Part shown: positions 25,641 to 35,373 of the stretch, in pieces
Position numbering within the stretch: the stretch's first letter is position 1
How the letters are laid out: each line of letters begins with the position of its first letter
Source of the DNA: a virus
Strand: one strand, 5' to 3'
Virus record (IMG/VR): IMGVR_UViG_2757320460_000001
Location: 1-54,042 of that record
DNA length: 54,042 nt
Notes under the pieces: generated by a model
What the model was told of the DNA's origin: nothing
Database searches by the model: none
The model's input: the letters and a program-made list of their open reading frames with translations, nothing else
Program-made: the position numbers and the translations under genes

Positions 25641-28445
25641 ATGGCAGATGGAACTATAGTTATTGATACCAAGATAGACAATCAAGGTGCAGAAAAAGGT
25701 GTTGGAGATATAAGAAAACAAGCTGCAAAGTTAGCACATGAGTATAAAAAAGCGGGTATGAGTTCTTCTGAAGCTTGGAAAAAAGCTTGGAGTGAAATAG
25801 ACCGAGAAAGTTCTAATGGAACAAAAAAAGTTAAAGCAGATATGGAATCTATTGCATCATTAGCTCGTAAGTGTGCTGGAATATTAGCAGGTGTTTTTGT
25901 TATAGATAGAATTAAAGATTATGCTACATCTGTTTATAAAACTGGAATAGAATATAATGCTTTATCAGAACAAGCCCAAGTTGCGTGGTCAACTATCCTT
26001 GGAAGTCATGAAGCAGCTTCCAAAATGATGGCTGAAATAACAGATTATGCAGCCGAAACTCCATTTAGCAAAATGGGCGTGGATACCATGGCCAAACAAT
26101 TAGCAAACGCTGATTTTAAAGGCCAAGCTTTATTTGATCAGTTAACTAAGTTCGGTGATATGGGAAGTGCTTTTGGAATACAAGAAGATTCATTAAAAGA
26201 AATGGTTCGTCAATATGCACAAGTACAACAAGCTCAAGTAGCATATACAGAAGATTTAAATATTTTACAAGATAGAGGGATTCCCATCTTTAAGGCTCTT
26301 GGAGAAGTAATGGGAGTTCCAGTATCTCAAGTTAAAAAATTAGCTTCTCAAGGTAAGGTTACGGCTGATGTTTATAATAAAGCTATAGATAGTATGGCAA
26401 ATAAAACAAAGGGAGCTATGGAAGCTCAATCTCAAACTTTTAATGGTATGATGTCTACTTTAGAAGATAATCTTAGTATTCTATGGGGATATTTAACTAA
26501 AGATTGGTTTGACAATATGAAAAACTCATTAAGTTCATTTTTACCCAAACTAGAGGACTTTGTTACTTTAGTTGGAACTGATGGATTTACTGGAGCAGTT
26601 GATAAAATGCTTCCTCAATTAAGCCCACTTGTTAATTTGCTTTCAGATATAGGAAGTTTATTAATTACAGTAGTAATTCCTTCACTCTTAGACTTTGGTG
26701 GTTGGGTAGCAGAACATATTCAACCTATTGCTTTTTTAGGAACTGTAATTGGGAGTTTAGCTTTAGGATTTAAAGCTTATAGTATTATTTCAAGCATAAT
26801 CCCGTTAGTTCAAGGCCTTGCAGCAGTATTTGGATTATTAGAAGTAGAAACTTTAGGAGAAGCAGCTGCACAATGGTATGTTAACCTAGCTTTTTTAGGT
26901 TTCCCAATAACGTGGTTAATAATAGGTTTAGTTGCTTTAGTTGGAGCTTTTGCTTATCTATGGACAACATCAGAAGGATTTAGAAACTTTTGGATTGGAA
27001 TGTGGGAAGCAATAAAGGAAGCTTGCATTGCAGCTTGGAATGGTATATCACATTTCTTTACCGAAACAATACCAAATGCATTTAAAAAAGTAATTAATTT
27101 CTTTAAAGAAGATTGGAAAGAGATATTATTATTTATAGTTAATCCTTTTATTGGCGCTTTCGCGCTATCTTATAAGCACTGTGAAGGTTTTAGAAATTTT
27201 ATAGATAATTTAGTAACTAATATTAAAGATTTCTTCGTTAACGGTTTTGAATACATAAAAAATTCCATAGCTCAATTCGGAAGTGAATTAGTTACAAGAT
27301 TTAAAAATTGGTGCGATGAAGTATGGATATTTTTTACCCAAACTATTCCTAGTTGGATTCAAAGTATAGCTAATTGGTTTTCAGAACTTCCACATCATAT
27401 AGGATTTGCTTTAGGTTTTGTAGTTACAAAACTTATTATGTGGGGAGTAGATATGTTTAATTACATTACTACTAACGTGCCTATTTGGATAGATAATATT
27501 ACTAATTGGTTCGCTCAATTACCTGGTCGAATTTGGACTTGGTTAGTAGATTCCATAAATAAAGTCAAGCAATGGGGTCTTGAAATGGGAACTAAAGCTA
27601 CTCAAATAGCTAGTGAATTCTTAGTTAATACTGGTACATGGCTTTCTCAATTACCAGGTCGAATTTGGACTTATTTAATTGATTCTTTTAACAAGGTAAA
27701 ACAATGGGGCTTCGACATGGGCGTAAAAGCTGGTCAAATAGCATCAGAGTTTTTGAATAATACAATAGATTATTTTTCAAAGTTACCAGGTCGAATTTGG
27801 ACTTGGCTAAGTGATACAATTTCTAAAGTTAGAAATTGGGGAGGAGATTTATGGAATGCTGGTGTAAATTCAGCTAAACAGTTAGTTGATTCTGTAGTTA
27901 ATACAGTAGAAGCTATACCTGGTAAAATGGTTGATATAGGTAGACACATTGTAGAAGGGCTTTATCAAGGTATCATTAACGCTAAAAACTGGTTCATGAG
28001 ACAAGTAAATGGATTCTTTAGTGGTATAGTTGATGGAGCTAAAGCAGCACTTGGAATTCATTCACCTTCTCGTGTAATGAGAGATGAAGTTGGTAAATGG
28101 ATTATGCCTGGTGTAGAAGTTGGTATGGATAAAACAATGCCAGACTTACAAAGCAATATGAAGGAAAAGCTATTAAATTTAACTAGAGAAATGAAAGCTA
28201 AGGTTGCTTATGAATCACAAAGTTTAGGAGCTACAGTTGTTTCAAGAAGTTCAAATGAAATTATTAATAAAAATAGTAATGATTCTGAAAATAATTCAAG
28301 AAAATTTATTTTAAATATCGAAAATAAAAATTATTTAGATAGTGAAGAATTAGCAGGACATACAACACAAAAAGTTATCGAAAATATAGGTGAAAGCCAA
28401 GACAGTTACACAATAAGTACAGGAGGTGAGTTTAGCTTTGCATAG
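25641..28445 (+). CDS. tape measure protein (contains the near-protospacer of CRISPR spacer 1 at 26060..26088)
   Basis: 934 aa; conserved ETPFSKMGVDT segment; central TM-like stretch; tandem repeats; position. Confidence 0.9.
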   Translation: MADGTIVIDTKIDNQGAEKGVGDIRKQAAKLAHEYKKAGMSSSEAWKKAWSEIDRESSNGTKKVKADMESIASLARKCAGILAGVFVIDRIKDYATSVYKTGIEYNALSEQAQVAWSTILGSHEAASKMMAEITDYAAETPFSKMGVDTMAKQLANADFKGQALFDQLTKFGDMGSAFGIQEDSLKEMVRQYAQVQQAQVAYTEDLNILQDRGIPIFKALGEVMGVPVSQVKKLASQGKVTADVYNKAIDSMANKTKGAMEAQSQTFNGMMSTLEDNLSILWGYLTKDWFDNMKNSLSSFLPKLEDFVTLVGTDGFTGAVDKMLPQLSPLVNLLSDIGSLLITVVIPSLLDFGGWVAEHIQPIAFLGTVIGSLALGFKAYSIISSIIPLVQGLAAVFGLLEVETLGEAAAQWYVNLAFLGFPITWLIIGLVALVGAFAYLWTTSEGFRNFWIGMWEAIKEACIAAWNGISHFFTETIPNAFKKVINFFKEDWKEILLFIVNPFIGAFALSYKHCEGFRNFIDNLVTNIKDFFVNGFEYIKNSIAQFGSELVTRFKNWCDEVWIFFTQTIPSWIQSIANWFSELPHHIGFALGFVVTKLIMWGVDMFNYITTNVPIWIDNITNWFAQLPGRIWTWLVDSINKVKQWGLEMGTKATQIASEFLVNTGTWLSQLPGRIWTYLIDSFNKVKQWGFDMGVKAGQIASEFLNNTIDYFSKLPGRIWTWLSDTISKVRNWGGDLWNAGVNSAKQLVDSVVNTVEAIPGKMVDIGRHIVEGLYQGIINAKNWFMRQVNGFFSGIVDGAKAALGIHSPSRVMRDEVGKWIMPGVEVGMDKTMPDLQSNMKEKLLNLTREMKAKVAYESQSLGATVVSRSSNEIINKNSNDSENNSRKFILNIENKNYLDSEELAGHTTQKVIENIGESQDSYTISTGGEFSFA
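27519..27890 (+). repeat. three tandem 132-bp (44-aa) repeats inside the tape measure gene
   Basis: TTACC(T/A)GGTCGAATTTGGACTT at 27519, 27651, 27783; peptide QLPGRIWTWL...KVKQWG... x3. Confidence 0.8.
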
Positions 28446-29157
28446 ACCAGTATCTTTTAATTTTAATAATAAAAATTCTTGGTATGGTTTTAAAATAAAG
28501 ATTTTAGATAAAATTATAATTCCATTCCCACAGAAAAAACAATCTACTATAAAAATACCAGGTGGAGAAGATCAAGTTGAAGTAGAAGGGGGCTATGAAG
28601 ATATAACTATTCCTGTAAAAATTGATATTCTTGATAAAAAAATGATTAAAACTAAATATAGAGAGATTAAAAGATGGTTGTCTATTATAGAAGATGACCA
28701 TCTTATTTTTTCAGATGATTTAGATTTTTTTTATAAAGTGAAGATGATAGATCTTAAAGAATTTGAAACACAATTTCAAATCTCTGGAGTTGCTACAATT
28801 AATTTTATTTGTTCCCCGTACCTTTACTTAGTTAATGGCGAATGCGAAATTGATTTTGAAAATAATCTTTTTAATGAATTCCCACTTAGTGCAGAACCAG
28901 TTTATAGAATCGTTGGTAATGGAACCATTAAATTAAATATAAATTCAAAGGTAGTAACTATTGATTTAGCAGATGAAATAATTATAGATATTCCTAGAAA
29001 ATTAACTTTAAGAAATGGAAAAATCGAAGGCAAAAGAAAAAAAGGGAAATGGGAAGATTTAGAGCTTATTCCTGGAGATAATAATTTAAGTTATGAATTA
29101 ACTCCTGGAACTACATTAGAATCTTTTACCATGATTCCTAATTGGAGGACTTTATAG
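28426..29157 (+). CDS. distal tail protein (Dit)
   Basis: Position after the TMP; start is GTG 28426 or TTG 28438 after AGGAGG. Confidence 0.65.
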   Translation: MSLALHRPVSFNFNNKNSWYGFKIKILDKIIIPFPQKKQSTIKIPGGEDQVEVEGGYEDITIPVKIDILDKKMIKTKYREIKRWLSIIEDDHLIFSDDLDFFYKVKMIDLKEFETQFQISGVATINFICSPYLYLVNGECEIDFENNLFNEFPLSAEPVYRIVGNGTIKLNINSKVVTIDLADEIIIDIPRKLTLRNGKIEGKRKKGKWEDLELIPGDNNLSYELTPGTTLESFTMIPNWRTL

Positions 29158-29159
29158 GT

Positions 29160-32100
29160 ATGAGTATTGAATATTACAGTGGAGATAATAACAATTATGA
29201 ATTTGACGGTGATGTTACTTTAAAACCTAATAAAGCAACTTTTAAAATATCTCTTAATGGTATATGTGAAATAGAGATAGACCACCCCTACGATAAAGAA
29301 GGCAGATGGAAATTAATAAATGGAAATGGAGTTATAAAAGCTCCTACACCTTACTCTGAAGGACAGTTATTTCCAATTTACAATATAGATAAAACTATGT
29401 TAACTACTGGCCTTAAAATTAAGGCAAGACATATTTTCTTTGATTTATATTACTCTACTACAGAAGACATAAGAGCAGTTAATTGCAATTGCCAAAGAGC
29501 TTTAAATATCTTATTAGCTGATACTAAATTTAATGGCCACTCTAATATTAAGAAGATTAATACTTGTTATTTTGTTAAGCAAAACAGAATTGAAGCTATA
29601 AATGGAAGTAACAGAGATAATAGTATTATAAATAGATGGGGTGGAGAGATATTCCTGGATAATTTCGATGTTTATGTAAATGAACGTATTGGAGAAGATA
29701 AAGGTCTTGAAATTCTGTATGGAACCAATATGGTTGATTTAGGACTTAAGGAAAATAGAAAAGATATAGTTACTAGGATTAAACCGGTTGCCTTTAACGG
29801 TAGGAGACTTCCAGAACTTTTTATAGATAGTCCTTTAATTAATAAATATAGAATCATATATGAAAAGTATATTGAGTTTAATAATCTAAAATTTAAAGGA
29901 GATCTACAAAATGAAACTGAAGAAAATGATGATGGAAGCATAATCTTTGAAACTGAAGAAGAACTTTATAATGCATTAAGAGAAGAATGTAGAAAGCTTT
30001 TTGAAGGTGGATTAGATAAACCTACTATAACAGGAAATGTTAAAGTAGCTGCATTATCTAATACAGAAAAATATAAATATATTGAAAATTTAGTTGATAT
30101 AGGGCTAGGTGATACTCTTATAGCTAATCATACTGATTTAGATGTTAATATTAGAGTGCGTTGTATAGGCTATGAATGGGATATTTTAAAAGAAAAATAC
30201 ATTAATGTAAGCATAGGCGAAGTAGTAAAAAATTATTTCCAAAATCAAAGTGATACTACTCAAAAAGTTAATGCAATTTTAAACAAAAATGGTTCAGTTA
30301 AAAGTGAAGAACTTTCAGGAATAATTCATGCTACTAAAGCTCAGTTTCAAGCTATGAGAGACGCTTCACAACCGCAACACGTCTTAGCTATGCTATTTGA
30401 AGATAGAATAAAAGGTTCTAAAACCTATGGGGCTTGTGCTATAGGTTCAATGGGATTAATGATAGCTAGTAAAAGGTTACCTGATGATAGTGATTGGGAT
30501 TGGAATACTTTTATTGGTGGTGGATTTGCCATGGCAGATTGGCTAATAGGCAAGTTAAAAACAGTTCTTATTCAAAATATGGATGCTTCTTTTGAAATTG
30601 ATTTAAATAAACCTGGAGGAGCTTTATTTAGAAACAATGGAAAAGATGCTATATTAATCGAAAACAATATGATTAAACTATTTAATTGGAAAAAGAATGG
30701 AGACTTCATAGGTGGCTTAATGGCACTAATTAAAGGAGATGATGAAAATAAACCCCTTATAGGTTTATCTAATGATATCGATAGTGCTTTAGCTTTAGGA
30801 TATGCAAAAAAAGATTCTATTAGCGTACCTTCGTATATCGAATTTGATAAATACAATATTTTAGAAGATTCAGGTGGAAAGCCAGTAAGAATATATGAAG
30901 AAGTAGATTTTAAAGGAAATAAAGTTTATAACATAGATATTAGGTCCGATAATGGCAAAAATAACATAATGGTTGGAGACCATTATATAAACTTAACTAC
31001 CGAAAACAATGAAATAGTAATTTCTGATAGAGGTGTTAGAATTGGCAAGAAAAATACATTTTATTATGATGCTAATTCAGGCGATATAACTTTAAACGGA
31101 GTTATTAAAAATAGTAATGGTCAAGTAATACTGGATCCTAACAATGCTGGAATTGGTGGCGGAGGAATAGATAACATAGGAAATGTATCTAAAGGAATTC
31201 CTTCTCGAAAATATTTCAGATACGTTAAGGGGATAGAAGGACTACAACAATATCCAGGAAATATTGGAGATGGACAAATAACATATGGTTATGGAGTTAC
31301 TCAAGCAAATGAACCAACATATTTTGCTAAATTAGGTCCTGCACCATGCAGCGAAGAAACTGCATCTAAAGTTTTATTTGAATTAATGCCAGACAAATAT
31401 GGTTCTTTAGTTAAAAATCAAATGCTTAAAGATGGTTTAGACCTTAGTAAAGTTCCTATAAATGTTTTTGATGCATTTGTAGATTTGTGTTATAACACAG
31501 GCTATTATAACTCTAGAATGTATAGGGCATGGAAAGATGGTGCTAGTTTAGATAGTATCTATAATGATTGGTTAACATATGCAACTATGCCAGGTACAAT
31601 TTTTCAAGATGGACTAGAGCGTAGAAGAAAGGAAGAAGCTGAAATGTTTAAAAATGCTAATTATATTATGTCACCAATTAGTATTTTAAATGCACACGGA
31701 GGTCAAATAGGTACAGTAAAGGGAGATGGATATTTCCCAAGTTTTACTGGCAATTTTAAAACAGTAAATAATGCTTATGGTAACGGATGGATTATTCCCG
31801 TTACTGGTGGACAAGTAACTGCACTCTTTGGACATTATCCTAGTGGTGCTCCACACAGTGGTACAGATTTTGGGGTTCCAGAAGGTACTCCAGTAAGAGC
31901 TAGTAAAAGTGGAACTGTTATAAAGCGAAGAGAGTTAACTACTTCTTATGGTAAGTATTTATTTATAGACCATGGAGGTGGATTAGTCACTATTTACGCT
32001 CACAATTCAGAGTTATTAGTAAATGAGGGTGATACAGTAAAAGCAGGACAAGTTATAGCTAAGTCAGGCTCAACTGGCAATTCGTCAGGCCCACATAGCC

Positions 32101-32171
32101 ATATAGAGCTTAGATATAATGGTACTCCAGTTAACTTTGCGCCAAGCTTAAAAATAGGACAAATTGTTTAA
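29160..32171 (+). CDS. tail-associated lysin (prophage tail endopeptidase N-domain + GH24-like lysozyme + M23 peptidase)
   Basis: ...IEGLQQYPGNIGDGQITYGYGVTQ... lysozyme core; HSGTDFGVPEGTPV...GPHSHIELR M23 motifs; ATG 29160 after GGAGGA. Confidence 0.85.
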   Translation: MSIEYYSGDNNNYEFDGDVTLKPNKATFKISLNGICEIEIDHPYDKEGRWKLINGNGVIKAPTPYSEGQLFPIYNIDKTMLTTGLKIKARHIFFDLYYSTTEDIRAVNCNCQRALNILLADTKFNGHSNIKKINTCYFVKQNRIEAINGSNRDNSIINRWGGEIFLDNFDVYVNERIGEDKGLEILYGTNMVDLGLKENRKDIVTRIKPVAFNGRRLPELFIDSPLINKYRIIYEKYIEFNNLKFKGDLQNETEENDDGSIIFETEEELYNALREECRKLFEGGLDKPTITGNVKVAALSNTEKYKYIENLVDIGLGDTLIANHTDLDVNIRVRCIGYEWDILKEKYINVSIGEVVKNYFQNQSDTTQKVNAILNKNGSVKSEELSGIIHATKAQFQAMRDASQPQHVLAMLFEDRIKGSKTYGACAIGSMGLMIASKRLPDDSDWDWNTFIGGGFAMADWLIGKLKTVLIQNMDASFEIDLNKPGGALFRNNGKDAILIENNMIKLFNWKKNGDFIGGLMALIKGDDENKPLIGLSNDIDSALALGYAKKDSISVPSYIEFDKYNILEDSGGKPVRIYEEVDFKGNKVYNIDIRSDNGKNNIMVGDHYINLTTENNEIVISDRGVRIGKKNTFYYDANSGDITLNGVIKNSNGQVILDPNNAGIGGGGIDNIGNVSKGIPSRKYFRYVKGIEGLQQYPGNIGDGQITYGYGVTQANEPTYFAKLGPAPCSEETASKVLFELMPDKYGSLVKNQMLKDGLDLSKVPINVFDAFVDLCYNTGYYNSRMYRAWKDGASLDSIYNDWLTYATMPGTIFQDGLERRRKEEAEMFKNANYIMSPISILNAHGGQIGTVKGDGYFPSFTGNFKTVNNAYGNGWIIPVTGGQVTALFGHYPSGAPHSGTDFGVPEGTPVRASKSGTVIKRRELTTSYGKYLFIDHGGGLVTIYAHNSELLVNEGDTVKAGQVIAKSGSTGNSSGPHSHIELRYNGTPVNFAPSLKIGQIV

Positions 32172-32259
32172 TGTAAAAATAAAATATTATAATTTTTTTG
32201 ATATCACCCTATGTTATAATATGGAATAATCAGTTGTTTATGAGGAGATGGAATAGTAA

Positions 32260-33429
32260 ATGACCAAAGCGAAAACACATCGAGAATTTTTGGAAGAAGT
32301 AAAAAATAAATTTCATGGCGAATATATTGTGTTAGGACAATATAAAAATTGGAAAACGAAAATATTAGTAAGACATAATTGTGACAACTGTAAAAAATAT
32401 GAATGGGAAATTGCTCCAACCAATTTATTAAAAGGTTACGGTTGTCCTATATGTAGTGTTCCACCACAAAAAACAGTATTAGGTATCAATACAATATGGG
32501 ACACAGATAGATGGATGTGCGACCTTGGTATATCTGAAGAAGATTCCAAGAAATATTCTCGTGGTAGTGGTAAAAAGATAACTATTACTTGTCCTGATTG
32601 TGGAAAAGAAAAGAAGATTGTTATAAAGGAGATTTATAATAGAAAATCAATAAGTTGTTCTTGTGGAGACGGGAAGTCATATCCTGAAAAATTTGTTATG
32701 AATGTATTAGAACAACTGAATATTAATTTTGAAATAGAATATAAACCTAAATGGATAGATAATAAAAGGTATGATTTCTATATTAAAGATTTCAATTGTA
32801 TCGTTGAAACGCATGGAAGTCAACATTATAGTAGAAAATTTACTATTGCTAAAGCTAGAACACTAGAGGAGGAACAATCTAATGATAAATATAAAAAAGA
32901 AATGGCTTTTAAAAATGGTGTTAAACATTATATAGAATTAGATTGTAGAGAGAGTAATTTAGAATGGATTAAGAATTCAATTCTTAACTCAAAATTAAAT
33001 GAGTTATTTGATTTAAGTAAAATTAATTGGAACAAATGTGCTGAATTTGCAAGTAAGAATATTGTTAAAGAAGTATGTGAATATTGGAATAATAAAATAG
33101 AAGAAGAAGGTACAGTTAATATTGGAAAACATTTTAATATTGCTAGAGGAACTGTTGTTGAATACCTTAATAAAGGTACTAAATTAGGTTGGTGTCAATA
33201 CAGTGGGAAAGAAGAATTAAAAAAATGCGGGATCAACTCAGGTAAAGCTAGTAGTAAAAAAGTAGAAATCTTTAAAGATAATCAAAGCTTAGGAATATTT
33301 AATTCATGTGCTGAATTATCAAGACAAAGTGAGGAGTTATTTGGAGTTAAATTATTAACAAGTAAAATATCACTTGTATGTAACAATAAAAAACCTCAAT
33401 ATAAAGGTTTTAACTTTAAATATTTATGA
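32260..33429 (+). CDS. free-standing endonuclease-like protein (Zn-ribbons + Vsr/PD-(D/E)xK-like core + C-terminal DNA-binding module)
   Basis: CDNC...CPIC and CPDC...CSC pairs; YDFYIKDFNCIVETHGSQHY core; own terminator. Confidence 0.5.
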   Translation: MTKAKTHREFLEEVKNKFHGEYIVLGQYKNWKTKILVRHNCDNCKKYEWEIAPTNLLKGYGCPICSVPPQKTVLGINTIWDTDRWMCDLGISEEDSKKYSRGSGKKITITCPDCGKEKKIVIKEIYNRKSISCSCGDGKSYPEKFVMNVLEQLNINFEIEYKPKWIDNKRYDFYIKDFNCIVETHGSQHYSRKFTIAKARTLEEEQSNDKYKKEMAFKNGVKHYIELDCRESNLEWIKNSILNSKLNELFDLSKINWNKCAEFASKNIVKEVCEYWNNKIEEEGTVNIGKHFNIARGTVVEYLNKGTKLGWCQYSGKEELKKCGINSGKASSKKVEIFKDNQSLGIFNSCAELSRQSEELFGVKLLTSKISLVCNNKKPQYKGFNFKYL

Positions 33430-33439
33430 CAAGTTATTT

Positions 33440-33467
33440 AGAGTAGATTAATTTCTACTCTTTTTTA
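33440..33467 (+). terminator. rho-independent terminator
   Basis: AGAGTAGA-TTAATT-TCTACTCT followed by TTTTTT. Confidence 0.85.
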
Positions 33468-33486
33468 TTTTAGAAAGGAGGGTATT

Positions 33487-35358
33487 ATGCAATATATACA
33501 GACTAAAACAGTTTATATAGATAGAGATGAGTTAATCGAGATTAAAGCAATAGAGCATGATGTTAAAACACGCTTTATAGATTTTAAATTTATAGCAACT
33601 AATAAGATTTTAGATATAAGCCATTGTATTGTTAGAGTTTATGCTATCAATAGTAAAGGAAATGAAATATTTAATAACCTTACTATAATAGATGGAGCCA
33701 AAGGAATTGCACAGTTAGAATTGACAGATTCTTTATTAGTGCCTGGCACCACAGAATATAAATTGAAAATTTATACAGACAATGGAGGTATTCTTAGCTC
33801 TAATAGATTTAATTTGATAGTTTCTCCTGACTTAATGACATGTAATGCTATTGAAGGAACTAATGAATATAAAGCACTAGATGAAGCTTTAAAGACAGTT
33901 GGGAATATTAATGCTACTGAAGTAAGAAGTAAAGAAAATGCTTCTAACATAGCTAAAATAACAGAAAAATTAGATTATACAGCAGAAAGGATGCAAGATA
34001 ATACAGAAACTATTATCTATAATCTTAAAAATAAGGAAGGTTCCTACGGAGATTGTATAGTCATAAAGGCGGATGATGGAACTTTTAGTATGATTGATTG
34101 CTTCATGGAAGAAAACTATCAGATTATGATAGAACAATTAGATAAGATTGGAGTAACTAAATTAAAATACTTCTTTGCTACTCATGATCATAGCGACCAT
34201 ATTGGAAATGCACCAGCCATTATAGAAAAATATAGACCTGACTTTATCGTTTATAAAGACAGTATAGATTATTCTAGGTTGCCAAGCGTAGAGCAAGAAT
34301 GGGACACTAAAGGATATCACGATAGAATGTTGGCAGCTGCAGATAAATTCAATGTGCAAAAGATAGTTGCTAATGACCAACAATTTAAAATAGGTAAAAA
34401 TGACTATATAGAAGCTTTTGCAAGTAAATTCTATGACTATACAAATGAAAATAGTATGAGTGTTAATTATCTTCTAGTATCTCATGGAACTAAAAGCCTA
34501 TTCCCTGGTGATAGTACGACAGCTACCGAGTCTCATTTGCAGAATAGAATAGGTAAAATAGACCTTTATAAACTTTCTCATCACGGAGCTGATGGTGGGA
34601 ATAGTGATAAAAGATTTGAAGAGTTACAAGCTAGGTATTGTTTAATAGATAGATTAGATGTTTATAAGAAAGATATAATAAAAAACTTTGCTTTAAAGTG
34701 CTTGAAGTATGGCGGTAAAGTCTACAGTAATGATAATAACGATATGACAGTATTTAAGATAACTAGAGGAGCTATTTATCCATGCTGTCATGAGTATAAA
34801 TTACCACTTCAATTCCTAGATTACTATAGTGGAAAATACAAAATGACTAATGAAGCTGGGGGAATTGCAACCAAAGGAATATATCCTTATAAGAGTGATT
34901 TCTATTTCGTAAAAGATGATGGATTTATTGCTAAAAATGAGTGGATAAAACATGATGGGATTGATTATCACGCAAGTTCTTCAGGTGCCTTAGATAGAAA
35001 TTGCTTTATTCAAGGCACTTTTAACGAAAAGCCATGCTATTATTGGATAGATGAAAATTGCAAAATGGTTATAGAGCCTAAACTTATTTATTATAACAAT
35101 AATACTTATTTAATTAAGTCTAATACATTAATGGCAGAAGAAGAGTTTTATGAATACCAGGCTAACTATTATTATGCTGGTAAAGGTGGAGCATTAAAGA
35201 AGAATGAATGGCTTTATAAAGATTCTAACTACTATTGGCTAAAATTTGATGGAGTAATGGCTAGTGAGGAAACTTTATTTATTGAAGGTAAATGGTATGA
35301 CTTTAATGGAAGTGGAGTATGTACTAATCCAGAGGGAAGGGACACTAAAGCAAAATAG
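33487..35358 (+). CDS. baseplate/receptor-binding protein: BppU-N-like + metallo-beta-lactamase fold + cell-wall-binding repeats
   Basis: ATHDHSDHIGN (HxHxDH) motif; C-terminal aromatic Y/W-rich repeats (YYFVKDDGFIAKNEW..., YYWLKFDGVMA...). Confidence 0.65.
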   Translation: MQYIQTKTVYIDRDELIEIKAIEHDVKTRFIDFKFIATNKILDISHCIVRVYAINSKGNEIFNNLTIIDGAKGIAQLELTDSLLVPGTTEYKLKIYTDNGGILSSNRFNLIVSPDLMTCNAIEGTNEYKALDEALKTVGNINATEVRSKENASNIAKITEKLDYTAERMQDNTETIIYNLKNKEGSYGDCIVIKADDGTFSMIDCFMEENYQIMIEQLDKIGVTKLKYFFATHDHSDHIGNAPAIIEKYRPDFIVYKDSIDYSRLPSVEQEWDTKGYHDRMLAAADKFNVQKIVANDQQFKIGKNDYIEAFASKFYDYTNENSMSVNYLLVSHGTKSLFPGDSTTATESHLQNRIGKIDLYKLSHHGADGGNSDKRFEELQARYCLIDRLDVYKKDIIKNFALKCLKYGGKVYSNDNNDMTVFKITRGAIYPCCHEYKLPLQFLDYYSGKYKMTNEAGGIATKGIYPYKSDFYFVKDDGFIAKNEWIKHDGIDYHASSSGALDRNCFIQGTFNEKPCYYWIDENCKMVIEPKLIYYNNNTYLIKSNTLMAEEEFYEYQANYYYAGKGGALKKNEWLYKDSNYYWLKFDGVMASEETLFIEGKWYDFNGSGVCTNPEGRDTKAK

Positions 35359-35373
35359 AAAGGAGAGTGAACT

